A DNA stretch of 64,000 bases from Raillietiella orientalis (lineage: Eukaryota). The notes under the pieces are model-generated. The model saw only the letters and a list, made by a program, of their open reading frames with translations, made no database searches and had not been told where the DNA came from. Positions 29,780 to 43,080 of the stretch are shown one piece after another; within the stretch, counting starts at the first letter, position 1; each line of letters starts with the position of its first letter. The translations under genes and the position numbers were made by a program. The stretch spans positions 1,054,001 through 1,118,000 of the forward strand of contig JAYWIR010000009.1 of the NCBI GenBank assembly GCA_036172245.1, read 5' to 3'.

Positions 29780-30936
29780 CCAGAATTCCACTTATGCAGC
29801 AGAGAACTGCGAAGACTGCGAAGGATTATCTTCGATCCTCATGTCTTACAAACGCAACCTGAACAACTGTGGCCACCACCTGAGCCAGATGGTTGCCCTG
29901 GTGAGGAAGAATACGTGGATCTCCTGCATCCCCGCGAACTGCACCTCCTGGCTTCATAAGTCAGTTTCCGCACCAAGATGGACCAAGATCAACGGCTCGA
30001 GTGAGGTGGAATACTGCTGCCTCCAACAAGGAAGATACTCTCATCAGCCCCTGCAGGAGGTTATCAACACCCCACGCAAGTTGTTGTGGGTTTCTTTTTG
30101 CCACCCTTGCCCCAGTGCTGCCCTCCCTCAGGAACATAACGAACAGCAACGAACGAGCATGGTGGGAAGTGTCCTGCCACATCAGAGGCAGGAAAAATCG
30201 TTAAAGGAGTGGACAACTCGGGAGCTAGCGGAGGCTGCGACCTTGAGCGTCCCGCCTAAAGGAGTTGGGGCCTCCTATGCAGAACACGTCTCTCTCACTG
30301 GACACTGGGGAGTGTGGATGCCTGTTGTTCAGAGTGCGGCGAAAGGGAAACCTTTCCGCATCTCCTAATAAAGCGTGGCGCCCTGGTTGAACTTTGGGAT
30401 CGACTATCGTCCATCCTCAATATTCCAGTAGGCGACCCGAAAGGCATTTTCCGGCGCCTCTTCATGAGTGATGCCGTTCCCCCCACTGCGTCTCTTGCAG
30501 TTCTTTACAGTGTTCGCGTCATCCTGGCAAGGTGGAACGCTAAAAGAAGAGGTCAAAAAAGCATGGACGCCATCCACTGGACGAAGATCTTTTTGGAGAC
30601 CGCAACAAGGTGGCCCCACCGAAATAATACTAAAGCAGCACTTGTCAGCATTCATAACAGGATGCAGAGGACCAATCCTGGGGTTCAGTCCCTCCCCTCC
30701 CCTCCTTCGAAAAACATTCCTCTCTCCTTTTTAATTCTTTTTGTTTAATTTTTTGCATGAGTTCCCCTTCCCCCTCGCCTTTGGAGAGGACCTCACCGGT
30801 CTTAGTACGGGTTGATGACAAGTTATCGAGCGTGGTAGAACCAAGTGTTCTACCAAGATACAAACATTATTATAGACTTTATTGTAAGATTTTTGTATAA
30901 AAATTGTAATAATAAATGTCCCGGCACATCTGGGTG
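29780..30936 (+). mobile_element. 5'-truncated LINE ORF2 3' part and 3' end
   Basis: TWISCIPAN, WTTRELAEAATLS and CSECGERETFPHLLI...LW; AATAAA plus hairpin at 30911-30936. Confidence 0.8.
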
Positions 30937-31799
30937 TTAAACCAGGAAGTCACCTAGGAGCTCAGGAAGAGATCGAGAGTCAGCAACGCGGGGTTGCTTG
31001 CGAGGATGCCTACCAGTGGAACGAGCTCCCCCTTCTTTCGCACCCCTCCACCCCACCCGCCCCGATGGTCGTTTCTGCGCAAGGCATTTGCTCCGGGATT
31101 TCGTCCCGAGCAGAACACCTATTTTCAACCCTTTAGATGAGGTGCTTATCAGACTTAAACGTTCTGTGTTGACACACTCGAGTCACAGCTGTGATTTCTG
31201 TGGACGGAGCGCTTTTTTGCGTACCACGTGTTCGATCGAGGTACCGATTATGAAGTGCTGATTAAAGTTACCATTGGAATTGTTAGATTTACACCACATC
31301 AGATAGAATATTTTCATTTTTCCCAAACATATATTATTCATTTTAAAACTATAATTATAATTTCAATAAAATCAATAATTCATTTAGGTGTTGTACGATA
31401 TAATAAATCACGCACGACACAACCATAACATTATGCTGTCCACGGTTTCCCGGAGGTGAGACTGAGAAACAGAACAGTCGGCCGATATAAATAGAACTTT
31501 GTTTACTGTCGTTGCTAAGGCGATTGTAAGAACGTGAGTTCATGCGTTCATCTCAAACATGGCTCGTGTTAGCTAATGTCACGTGTGTAAGGTAAAAGCA
31601 TTGGCCAAACGAATATGTGATCCCATAGCCCACGCCGATGATTTTTTCGTCGGACGCACAGATGCGTCATAGCATTCAAGGCTTTCGGAGAAGCGCCGTT
31701 ATGGACCCCCTGCTTAGCTACGCACGCTGCCAGCAGGGTTGCCACACCGCGCCCTCAGATTTTTGCATACGATGCGTTAGAAGAAGAGTGCGAGTAGCT

Positions 31800-33770
31800 C
31801 GTGGCAGGCATTCCCCCGGTTTGACCGGCCTCGGGATACGTGCATCCCAAGGAATAGAGGCAGGGCGCATGTGAAAGACAACAGAAAGACCTTCCGCTGG
31901 GTCCTCGCGTCTCAGGTCAAGAAACTTCCTTCCTCTTTGGCACGGATTTCGGGAAGAAGGGTAAGGGAATTGGCTGGAGGGATCACCTTTCGAGTGTTGC
32001 ACTCGGTGTCCTTCAATAGGGCATCTATTGGCGTCTTGAATTTTCCACGGAGTGCAGCGGATGGTCCAGGCGGGAACTATGCCGCACCCTCTGCTTTTCT
32101 AGGAGTGCCTTCCGTGCCGTTACATCTTTACTCCTACGGAGAGGTGTACTCGGACGAAAGAGGCTGGAGTCGCACCTGTGGACATTCCCTCGAGATCCGA
32201 GGAATCCTCTCAGGATTTCCAGTTTGGTTCGGTGCTTGCAATTACGTCGCCTGCATCACCGCCCTCTCACCTCGGACAAATGTGCCACGTGTGAAGGTGG
32301 AGGCCATCTTCGCTGCTCGGAATCTTATGGGCAAGCGACGCAGCGCTCGGAGGTCATCAGGCTCCGAGAGCATTTCCGAGGGGTCCCTCGAGACGTCTCA
32401 GAAAATTCCGAGAAGATGAAGAGCCCGGTGGTCTTTCAGTGAACGAGAAATGCAAACCCTTCGGCACCCTCCAGAGCAACGTCGGCCTGTGTGTTGGCAG
32501 GAGAGTGACTGGGATCACGGTTTCCCCTTACTCGAAGGTGGGGAATTTCAAATGGGACGTCGACAAGGCAGAAACCAACGGAAAAGGTAGGAATGCGGAA
32601 GGCCTTCGGATGCAAGAGGAAGAATTCCTGGTATCGCAGCCACTCCTTCCTCCGTCACCTGCCTTCCCGTTGAAACTCGCCGCCGTCCTGTTCCGGGGTG
32701 CACAGAGATGTAAGGCTGCGCCATCCAACGCAGGCGTGGAGTCCGCCACAGGCATGTCGTGACGTGCATGAAGCAGACCAGAGAGTCAAGAGCGATGATT
32801 GCCGCGAATAAGGCACGGGTGAACCGCCCGTGTTGGCAATTGAGAGAGAAGACTGCAGCAGGACCAAGGAGAACACGATAGTGGACTCTGAGTTGTCCAG
32901 GGGGAGGAGTCTCGGCTGCACCATCCAAACCAGCTGATACATTGCATGAAAGCAACGGGACGATCTACACAAGGGAAGCGTGCTCTAAACGGGGTCCCTG
33001 ACCTAGGTGTCCCTTGGATGAGGCAGGAGGAATCAGGAATAGGGAAAATCCGACATACGTGCCTGATCTTCCAGACCCCTGTTGTACGACAGGCACTGCA
33101 CGCCTTTCTGGAGACCATCCCGAGGAGAGGGGAGTCGAACCATGGAAGCCGCGCGGACCAGGAACAGGGAATGACCTCGGCCACATCAGTCGAGACGAAG
33201 AAACAAAGAAAATCGATATCGGATGCGCAGTGTGGGCACCGTAAAACGGCGGAATTGTCCGAGGATGGGAGATGAAACGACAGATGCAAGACTGCCACCT
33301 ATAGCAATGGGGATACAACGGACGGAACCAGACCTGCCACAAACGACCTTTGGTGTGTGGCTGGAGCAATAGGATTTCAGGAGCTCAGCAGCTAGGAAGG
33401 TCTGGAATGGGGCGACTCTGAGAACGACCAGTCCCGATTGATCGAGAAAATGAAAAGGACCCAGGACTCGTGCCAATAAGGCACGCCTGGTGAAGCGCAG
33501 TGGAATGCAAAGATGTCATCGTCGATGGGCAGTTAGGGAAGTCCTGGGGTCAAAGGGCACGCATTGCAGCACCCCCGTAGCAGAGGTGGAGCGGGACTCT
33601 GCCCGCATGTTCGAAAAAGAAGCGTCCAGAAACGCCTCGATACGGGAAGGCGTCGAGAAGACAGGAAGCAACCCGGTTTCCGCAGTTGACCTCGCCTTGT
33701 TCGGAGCAGACGAAGTTGTGCCGACGTCACCAAAAGCGGGGAAATTCCTCCCCAGGATCTGATGGAATCT
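31800..33770 (+). mobile_element. Possible highly decayed APE endonuclease/early RT remnant
   Basis: Only faint ordered motifs: GGITF, NYAAP, WFGACNYV, DH, GNFKW. Confidence 0.25.
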
Positions 33771-35099
33771 CATGTTGGATGGACGCGAGTCGTGGAATGC
33801 AGAGAGCGTTATTGCTGGCAGATGTCTTCAAGCTACGCCTCAGGCCCAGGAGCATGGCCTGACTACCGTCTTAATCGTCCCCAAACCATGTTCAGTACCG
33901 AAAGGAATCGTCAGGTGATGATCCGTATCAACTGGCTACCATATCAATCGAGGCAATGTTCAAAAGACCTCTGCAAGAGGCTTAAAGTACGACTCGTCGA
34001 CAGCTGGGTTATCTGCTCCCGGTGTAAAGGAATTCCTTCAGCATGATGGAGTCCTGGAACGCAATTTCAGCTTACAAGCTGAGCCAGGAGATGCTAGAGG
34101 ATTCTCACAGAACTTACGTGTCGCATTTACAGATCCAGAAAACGAATTCGAAGCAGTTTTGCATGAGCTGCTGCATGGAGCTCTAAGGGGCCCTGACAAG
34201 TAGGGTAGGACAAATCTCTAAGAGCATGGTCAAGGTTCAGCAAAGATGCATGCACGTTTATGCGAGCGAAAAGGCAAGTCTCCAGGTGCGCCGCGTTCGC
34301 TGTGAGTCACCGAGATGGCACGCGGCCTGGAAGACGACTCGGACAAATTCCTTTGAAATGCTCATGGCACGTTGAGCTCTCGCAACGTTGGGTCATTCTA
34401 GAGCGGTTCCGCGGTTCGCAACCGAAACAGGGAGCACAGGTGTAGGATAGGAAGAAGCGGAAGTGGAAGAGAACGGCAGTGATGGCGCAGGGAATCCATG
34501 CTTGCTTGCAAGAGATTCGGCGAGGAGGCAGAACGTGAGACAGGACGCCCGAAAGCAGGGAAAGCTATTCATTTCCTAGGAAACGGGAAAGCTTAGCAGA
34601 AAGAGCCGGCAGCACATGAACGCGGACGCACGCGCATGGTTCTTGATTTGTCGATCATGAGTTGACTGCATTGAAGCGAGATGGCACTGCTCTACCCTCT
34701 GGCTAAGAGAGGGCGCGAGAGAGCACTTTTTCGCGTTCAAGGCTTTCCCTTGCTTTACCTACTCCATCTTCTTTGTCTTTCCTCGGTTTTTCGGCGACTT
34801 TTCGATGGGAGTTATGGGCTCTACACCTGAACCTCTTTCTCTCTACATGGCTTTCTTCCTCCACTATTGGAACATTGCAGAGCGAACCTGCAGATGAGCA
34901 AAATTGCGGATCCTAAGGGTTCGATCTTCTTGTCCTTCAAGAAGTCATGTTCGCTCGTCAGACATAAGCGGCGTTCTTCCAGGAGAAATGCACAAGCAGG
35001 TGAGGTCACCTATGAGAAAGTCATTGACATCTCTTTGTATTTCTAATTCGAATTTTTACCATTTTCATGTGAATCAGATTCTGACCCATGCTTCACCCC

Positions 35100-35830
35100 T
35101 TTCCTGAAAAGGTGTCCAGGTGCACACCTGAGTGAATTGACATCTTGTCTTCTCGCATTCTTCGGCCTGGATTCAGTTTGGAAACCAGGGGAACATCGAG
35201 AAGACCCGTGTCTGATTCTGGGAGTAGTTCTCGGACTCCTTCAGCCCACCCGTCAACCTTTCTCTTGAAGGTTGCGAGCTGGACGTGCAGCATCTCCAGG
35301 GCAGCGTGGTCCCTCCATCTCCATTCCAAGGACTCCTTCAAGCCATTTTCGCAATCCCCACCCCGTCGATGCGTGGTCTGGGAAGCGGCCAGCCCCTCCC
35401 GAAGAATGTATCCAGCCCCACCGCTGCGTCCAGTCCTTCGAGCTCACAAGAAAATCCAGACCATGCTCGACAAGCTCGCTTCGGGATACATCGATTGGGA
35501 GTGGGGGCCTCATCCAAAGGACATCCAAATACCTTGTGGTTCATCGGAACAGGTTGCAGTTGTGTCAGGGCGTGGTGGCAGGAAGAACTCTTCCAGCCAC
35601 ATTTACGAGTCTCCTCGGACCGCTCGCCACATCGAGCCGTTAGTGGTTGGCGCGTCTGCAACTTGCTGCGGTCGTGAGGCGCCACATTTCCCGTCGAAAC
35701 TCTCTTGCTGCTTCCTGATCTCTTGAAACTTGTCCTAGGAAAGCACGTCGAGTGTCTGAAGGAACCCCGGATCATAGGAACTGGTATCGTCGTCTTCGGG
35801 ACAAAGTGCGGGGAAGTGAACATCCCGGAA
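35100..35830 (-). mobile_element. Decayed APE endonuclease domain of a LINE
   Basis: Ordered motifs NVAP, RGDS* (GDFN-like), LDFLVS, PDHA (SDH) and GWGLRKW. Confidence 0.5.
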
Positions 35831-36699
35831 GTATCTTACCATCCTTGGTGGAGTTTCCCTTGGGTTTCGCTATCCTAAATGTACCAATTACGGATGACAC
35901 TGTGGAACTGTGGAGGATGCATAACTTTCACTTTCTTGGTTCTGCTTGAATCTCACACTCAGGGAGATGAATAGCTTCCCCTGCTTTCGGCCGCCCTGCC
36001 TTGCACCCTATCTCCTCGTGGAATCTCGCGCTCCAGTCACTGGCAGGCTGCTTGCTTTTCCCCAGCCATCTGCAAAATATTGCCTTCTTCGAAGAGCAAA
36101 AAGCATAACCCTTTGGACTCGCAGCCGCAAACCCCTTCCGCGGTCTATGGAATCGATGCAATCACCTTTTTTTTTCTTTTTTTTTTTTAAAAAAAAAAAA
36201 CATTCAAGGGAGATTAAAGACGAGCTTGTGAAACGAGTCCACAGCATCTTGCTGACTGCTTCCACATCCCAGCTTGCGTTGCTGTGCTCTTACAGTTCTT
36301 TTCCACGAAGACAACAGATAATCGAAAGGCTTCTTGTAGATATTTCTTAGAGTTCTCTGTGAGCAGGTGCTCCCTTTCAATGCATCAAGAAAACTCCCCC
36401 TGCTCTACTAACAGGCATAATCCCTGGATAACTGTATCCAACTGGCTCTCAATCTTCGTGGAGTGGGAAGGTGAAGTAAACGTCTAGACATTGGTATCAC
36501 ACACACAATAGTGGGAGTCACAGTGGATAGAAGTGGACATAGAATACGGTCAGCTGTGTGTCCCATTAGAAGTATACAGTGCAAACGGTGCAAACTCTAC
36601 ACTCTGTGATGCCCATTTGTTCTCTCTTCGAGTTGGTAGGCAATAGGCAGTGCATTCCTGAATCACACGTTCCTGAAATGAGGATAGTTGGTTGCATGC

Positions 36700-37492
36700 G
36701 TAGATGTGCTCTTTTATGGTCAAGGTCGACATAGAGGGCCCACACATCCAACTGCTCAAGCACTTACCTTCTCATGAAATGGACACAGGGTGTCCTGCTG
36801 TTCCTCGACCCGGATCTCCAGTCTGGATTCCCGGAAAGTCGCATTCGCAAACTGTTTTAGGTATGGGGAGATGGAATCGTCCTCGCAGCTGCTGTTGGAA
36901 TGCTGAAATGACCTCCAGGGACTCTGGCATCAGCACATCTGCACACTGAGAACACTGCTGAGGACCTTGCAACTTAAAAGTTTTGCGACGCCATGCTGCA
37001 TCCGCACCATCGTCACAGCCCGCCATTTGTTGGAGTTTCGGGCGCAGCGAAGGGAGGTCACCTGCATGGCCACCGTCTACGCGAACGAGGACGGCTGCCA
37101 GATAGCCTCAACTGGAAGATGAAGACTGGAATGAGATATCGCTGGCATCCAGCCTCGGTTTCGGGGAAAAGGAACGGCCATCACCGGTGCCCCACGTGAT
37201 TTTCTTTGCGTATATTTATTTTTTTTCAATTCACCTCCCCCTTCCTTCCGGACTTTTCCCGGTTTTTCAAGAAGGAACGAGGCATACCAAAGGCATACCA
37301 ATGTCCACGCCGACGTCCACGTTTATTTCTCCTTCCGTTCCCCCCGTCCCGGACTTTTTTGAAATCTCGACCTGCGTGTCGGTGGTACCTCCCAATGAAC
37401 TTTTTTTTCTTTTTCCTCTTCACCAGCTTTCTTGTTTATTTTATTTCATATTAGTTTTTTCATGAAGCAAAACGCCTCGGTGTTGCCGGGTG
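36700..37492 (+). mobile_element. Decayed LINE 3' end (same subfamily as 26816-28295)
   Basis: Degenerate finger CFRYGEMESSSQLLLEC*..LW; shares CCGGACT...CGACCTGCGTGTCGG with 28170-28203; terminal hairpin at 37473-37492. Confidence 0.65.
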
Positions 37493-37599
37493 AAAATCTC
37501 TCCCTCGCCGCAGCAGTACGGAACGTTCCGAATAGATCTTCGCTGAGTACGGACGTTGGCTATTCCGTTATTCCTATTCCGCGTACTTTTCCCTTTCAT

Positions 37600-39100
37600 G
37601 TGGCAAGGTGTGGTCGAAGGACAGTGCTTTCTGTTCCCATCTCCTGTAGGCAGGAACCTTCTTCGAAAGTTGCCCTTTTGACTTTTCGGAGAGGACCATT
37701 CTCGTTGCCGCCGCACGGGCGCGTAGCGAGGGAATCGGCTGCAAAGTCTTGTCTTTCACGGATGCTGAAACTCGAGAACCTTCTTTCAGGGAAGAGCAAT
37801 GAATCTGGGCTCCCCACGAGGGTGAAACCTTGGAGACTGTTGATCAAGGCAGGCTGGTTACAGAAGTGTGTGCGTTTTGAATCCCATTGGCGATGAACAT
37901 GCAGACCGACCGAAGGCAGTGATCCCGGATTCCCAAAAGATGGCAACTCATCTGAAGACTGTTTCCCAAGGCTAATTCATCCATTCGGGCGAAATTCTGT
38001 AAGGCATCGAAAGGAATTCCAAGCACATAAAACTGCTTCACTAAGACTCACTCGTTTGATCTCCTCCCTGGAACCAAACGCAGCTTCACAGAGAGCATCA
38101 ACGCAAATGGCAACTTCTCGAGTGAGATGGGCCCCTCAGGGCCTGCCGGGAAAGCGAACAGTGCACCTCGGCGTTGCACAATAGGATTTCCGAAGCAGAG
38201 ACCAGCGATGCGTGAACGTGAACCTCCCTGAGTTGCCCCCACGTCCCATGGAGGAAACAAAATGTGGGTCTTCCGTTCCGATTGCATGGCTTCTGCCGGA
38301 ATGCCGTGCCACTAGCAGGCGGCATTCTTAAACAGATTCGTTCACACTGCAAGTGAAAAGAGACTTCAGAGTATGGGCGATTCCACTCGCACCATTCTGC
38401 TCTTACCAACACAGTGATCTTTCGTTACGAAGTTCTTCTTCCAGCGTGTGTATCGGACTGGAAGTGCACGGTTTTCCATGTACCACTATTTCAAGCCACC
38501 GTTTCTCGGATTCGTTGCGGATGCAGCCGGTCAGTGGAACCCGAGGCTGCATTAATGTGAAAGGCAAATCCAGTTCTCGCAGGAGGAGGACGGGGAACCG
38601 AACGGAGAACAAACACAGAAGGCCCCCTCACTCGCAGTGTTTTGCTACGCACTCGAATCCCTGGGTCCTACCTTCTTCGTGTCGAACGGATGCTCCGCAT
38701 CAGGGAATCAGGGAAACTTCGAATACGAGTGCCTTGAATTGTGCCCTTTATGCGACGAGGTGGCTTGTTGATTCCCCGCTATGGAAGGGGGGTCTGGTCG
38801 GGTTTGAAGCATGCTGCAAGAGTGCCCGTGGCAGAGAATAACCGCATCCCTTCCGCGTTGCAGACTTCCGTCAGCATTGGATGAACCCGCTCGTGAAAAT
38901 TTTTCAATGTTAATTCCCTTGAGATTTGAAAGTTTCCTAACGCTTTTCGCCTGTCTCCAACGTCGAGGATATGGGAAGCGAGACTGCCAGCCCGCGGGCT
39001 GACCTTTCGGACTTGATCGGCGGAACCGTTTGACACTTGCTCCTTTTATCGAAGTCACCCTTTGCTACACCATGTGCAGAGGTTCATAAAGATCCTGGCG
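37600..39100 (-). mobile_element. Decayed Penelope-like element (RT, possible GIY-YIG)
   Basis: Ordered degenerate motifs LVFEVSLIP (SFDVxSLFP), VPLTG (GSPLS), VSFHLQCE (IKFTxE), RQKP (YRKP), HASL...ILLC, and LVGSP (YVGxT). Confidence 0.4.
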
Positions 39101-42100
39101 GCAAATGCCTGTTCCATGCATCTTTCACGGTTCTCCTGTAGAGTTCAAGCTGCATCCATCCGACAAGCCGTCCAGTGGTCACATTTTGTGATGTTGCTTG
39201 TTGTTTGCCCAGAATCCATTCCTATTTGATGATGGTGTTTCGATCGGTGTCTGTGGTGACAACTGAACCAACAGGATCGGAACTCTACGAAGCACCACTT
39301 GCGTGTAATAGCTGAATGCTCAACACACCAAAGAAACGCCCAAACCTGAGCACACTTGACTGGAAAGTTCCGCGATCCAGGAAGAGCACGTCAGAGGCAC
39401 GCCAGAGGATTGTGTTCTACAGCTATTCCATTGGACACTAGGTTGCAGTGAAGTTCTTGGTGGCTTTTCCAGACTCTGACTCGGAACACCGAGATGGACT
39501 TTCCGTGATGGAACTCCCAGGAGGAAAAGAGTCCTTCGACTTCCGGATTGACGACAACGAGGCAAAGGAGTGTACAATCCACGTGCTTGTCTGGCATCTG
39601 CCCGGCTGTAAGCGGCTCTCACCCCTGTGATCAATGACGAAAGATAGACCACAAGGAATATGGTCCCCCCGTGCATCTCCTGCTGCGCACCATTCATCAT
39701 TTTGGCTTCTAGGTGATGGTCCTGACGACAACACAGAAGAAGTAAAACCCAGGTCGCTTTCTCGAAGAGACAAAAAGCCATCTGACTGTTTGGAGGACGT
39801 GCCCTCCTTAATCCGCAGGTTTCCTCTGGTCACTTTGAGTCAGATACAGGTACTATAATGACTTCTCAACTGACCAACCAGATCATGGAGTCTTCCCAAG
39901 TGAAGCAACTAAAGGTGTAACGGAAATCACTGGGAGGGCTATGGCATCCCTTTCTGCGAGCTGCAGAAGCTGCCCTTGCTTCGAAGCGATGCTCTCATCA
40001 AAACGACTTCATAGGGACTTTTCCTTCTGCTGCTACCCAGGTCCACCTCGAAGGTCACACCGTAGTGCACCTTCAAGTCCATCTGCCGGGGAGAGCACAC
40101 GCACGCAACCATGCATCAATAAATGGTTGTCCCAGTCGCAGGGGCGCCTGCGGAGCCGGAAGACTAGATCCGCCCGAGTATGCCACCTGATCCACAATGG
40201 CATGCCAACGTGATACGCATTCCAAGCGACTTTTCGTGCCCGTGGGCGCCAATCCGGCACGGCTGTGCGAAGGAGTCCAAAAACGGTTCTCACAAACAAG
40301 CCGCAGTCGATAGCCATGTGGATGTGAAAGAAGGGCAAACGCCTGATTTGCATACTTCAAAGCTCACTTTAAGCAGACTTCAAACCTCCATCGTGGACAT
40401 CAGTTTTAGACATCGCGACTGACGACTGGATATTTCAGATATTGAAACAGTTTTTTAAATGTGTCTGTTAAAATGGACACCCTAGCGCTGAGGTGATTTC
40501 AGATTTTGATCATTTCATGCAGTTTGCAAAGAAGGCATGTTCCGTGCGATTTCGGATCTTGCATATGAGTGACTTTTGCAGCCTCTCAAAGCTGCCTCTC
40601 AAAGCCATGACAGCGCGCCTTTGTGGACGTGCATCTCGATTGAAGGCTAGGTACAATTCGTTCCAGTCGCCTACCAGGGGATAGTCTTAGGGAAGGGATG
40701 AAGAGCGCAATACCAAGACAAAATCGGGGCGGCGCGATAAAGAGAGACTTCGCCTTGGTTCCCCAGGGACCTCAGAAGTCCAGCAGCACACTGCTTCCCT
40801 GCTGCTAGGAATTTCCGTTCAACGAGCAGCCTACGCATCTGGAGGACGTACACGCTTCGGATGTACGTATACTAAAATTGAGTCAGATGTTGAAATGGCT
40901 GTTGGTCTTTCCATCGATAAAACGAGGGGCCGTAGACCACAGCAACGTCAGATGTGATCCGCTGAATCATCATTATCCGATTTCAAGAAAGCATTATTTT
41001 TTTTTTTGTTTGAAAAAAAAAGAAGAGAAAGAAAGAAAACAAATCTCGATGGTGAGAAGGTTGTCGGAACGCCAAGAGATTTGCCAACAACAAGCAGGGA
41101 TGCTCTTCCTGAACTGGGATGTTCCATTCCTCGAAGCGGTGCGAGAGGCACGTCTTCATAGTTCACTCACGCGCCCGCAGGACATCTCTGAGACAATTTT
41201 TCATTGCTGACGAGCTAGAAGTGACCTCGTTGGTCACGGTCTTCAGCAGCTTCGATAGCGTCGTGCTGGTCAAGCTTGTCGTTCGTGACCTCCATCTTGT
41301 AAGCACGCGTCGTTTTGTCTAGCATGGTCATGGGAAGCAGGTCGATCCAGAAAAACGGCTTCTCGGAGCCTGGAAAACGGTTCCATGTCAGCTGCACGGC
41401 ACGAGCAGCACAAAGCTCTTGAGGTTGCGCTGTGTCCTTCAGGTAAACAGCCACAGGGTGTCCTGGACAGTATTTTCTGGACTCTGCCCTTGCTAAGAGC
41501 TGGGTTCAGTATGACTCTCTACTGCTATTAAGCGTTGCTAAGCATCCCTTCTCTAGCTGCGTTGCGAGTTTCGAAAATGACACCGCTTTATGAATGTCTT
41601 CTGAGAAATCAGCGGTCGGTGTTTACGGTGATGGCATGCAGGTAGAGGCATGGAAACGCCGGCTTCAAGAGCTCGCTCTTGCACCTGCACCCGATGGAGT
41701 TTGAGCAGCTTCGGTACCAAAGAGGGGGGACATTTTGGAGCGTCAAGATGAAGCATTTCACTACTCAAAGATGCTCTGCTTACTACTGAGACTCAAAAGT
41801 GATCGCTCGGCAGAAGGAAACATCGCATCTTCCATCTACAAACGCTGCTGTGCAGCGTGTTTCAGCAGTTTCAGTAGCCGCATGCCAATGTGAAGTGGCC
41901 AATTTTTGTGGCCAATGTGACTTCCGCAAGCTCTGTTAAAGCGGTCTGTGTAGGCAGAATTGCCACGCTTTACCTCACAATTCTCCAGAATGAAAATGTT
42001 CTTTGGTCGAGAAGACAGAAAGGGACTGACTACTGGGTCGGTTCACAGGGGCAGAAGAAGACTACAGCCTGAGATCAGGGACGGCATGACGTTGGACCAA

Positions 42101-42199
42101 ATTTTGCTTAGCTGTATTTCATCCTTTGGATGGAACAGTCTTTATCTTCATAGAGCTAGTCGGAGAGAACCTTTCGAGCTCTGTCTTCATGACATCTCA

Positions 42200-43060
42200 G
42201 TTTAAGAAGAAAGGAGGAAGTTTTGCCCATTTTTCGGGAAACAGAAAAACATAAAAGAGCGCGTTAGCGGACGGCTTCTTTCCAGTGACTCCAGAACTGC
42301 CGCCTTCCATACTGAGAGCGTTTCGAAAACGAATTTGAAGTTCACGAAAAGTTCTTGCCGGATCCGCCCTGGAAACCACGCTCCTGTCTAGTGAGTGTGA
42401 ACAGAGAGAAAGGAGAGGAACATCTTGCTCCATCCTTGCCAAACGCGGAGGTTTCCAATGCGACACAGAAGGCAAATAGCAGCTCAGGCGACCCCTCATC
42501 GGACTGCAGCATGCGTCGCAAGAGGGACGAGGTGCTTTGGGGCCAGAGGGCATGGGGATTTTCTTTTTCTTCTTCTTGGCTTCCACGGAGCGAAAGTCTG
42601 AGAAGACATGCCGAAGTTCCCATGCCACTGTACTGAAAGAATCCTTCGACCTCGATGGATTTTATGGCTTCTTTTTTATGAAGGGGAAGGGGACGTCGAT
42701 GCACGCATTCGAAGAGCAACTGAGACAGCATGAGATGCCACAATATAAGAACGGATCCAGGGAAACGAGGGGAGCGGACGGTTACAGCCCCAGGTCGTCA
42801 CAGCCCTAGGTCGTAAAACGCAAACATCAGGCTTCTTTAGGGAGCTTTGCGTACAACCTCCTGATGCTTAGTTGGTTGAAATCCGGGCTGCTGCCTGATC
42901 TTCTTGTGCAGCGCTCTTTAAGGAATGAAGATCCAGAAATCAGAAATCAAACCAGAAGCTGGCAATGCATTGATGGAACGACCCAGGAAGAAGGCAGGCT
43001 TTCTTGGAAATTCATGGATCTTCAATGAAGGCAAACACCTTATTGACAAAACTCCAGCCT
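42200..43060 (-). mobile_element. Decayed Penelope-like RT fragment
   Basis: FPRKP..GRSI (PKxHK..GRPI), LPLHKKEAIKSI and FFQYSGMGTSA (QxxGxAMG). Confidence 0.35.
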
Positions 43061-43080
43061 TCGCATCATCATGGGGATCC

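Noticed and set aside
36166..36200. Poly-T followed by poly-A, self-complementary
   Set aside because: Simple homopolymer runs with no evidence of function.
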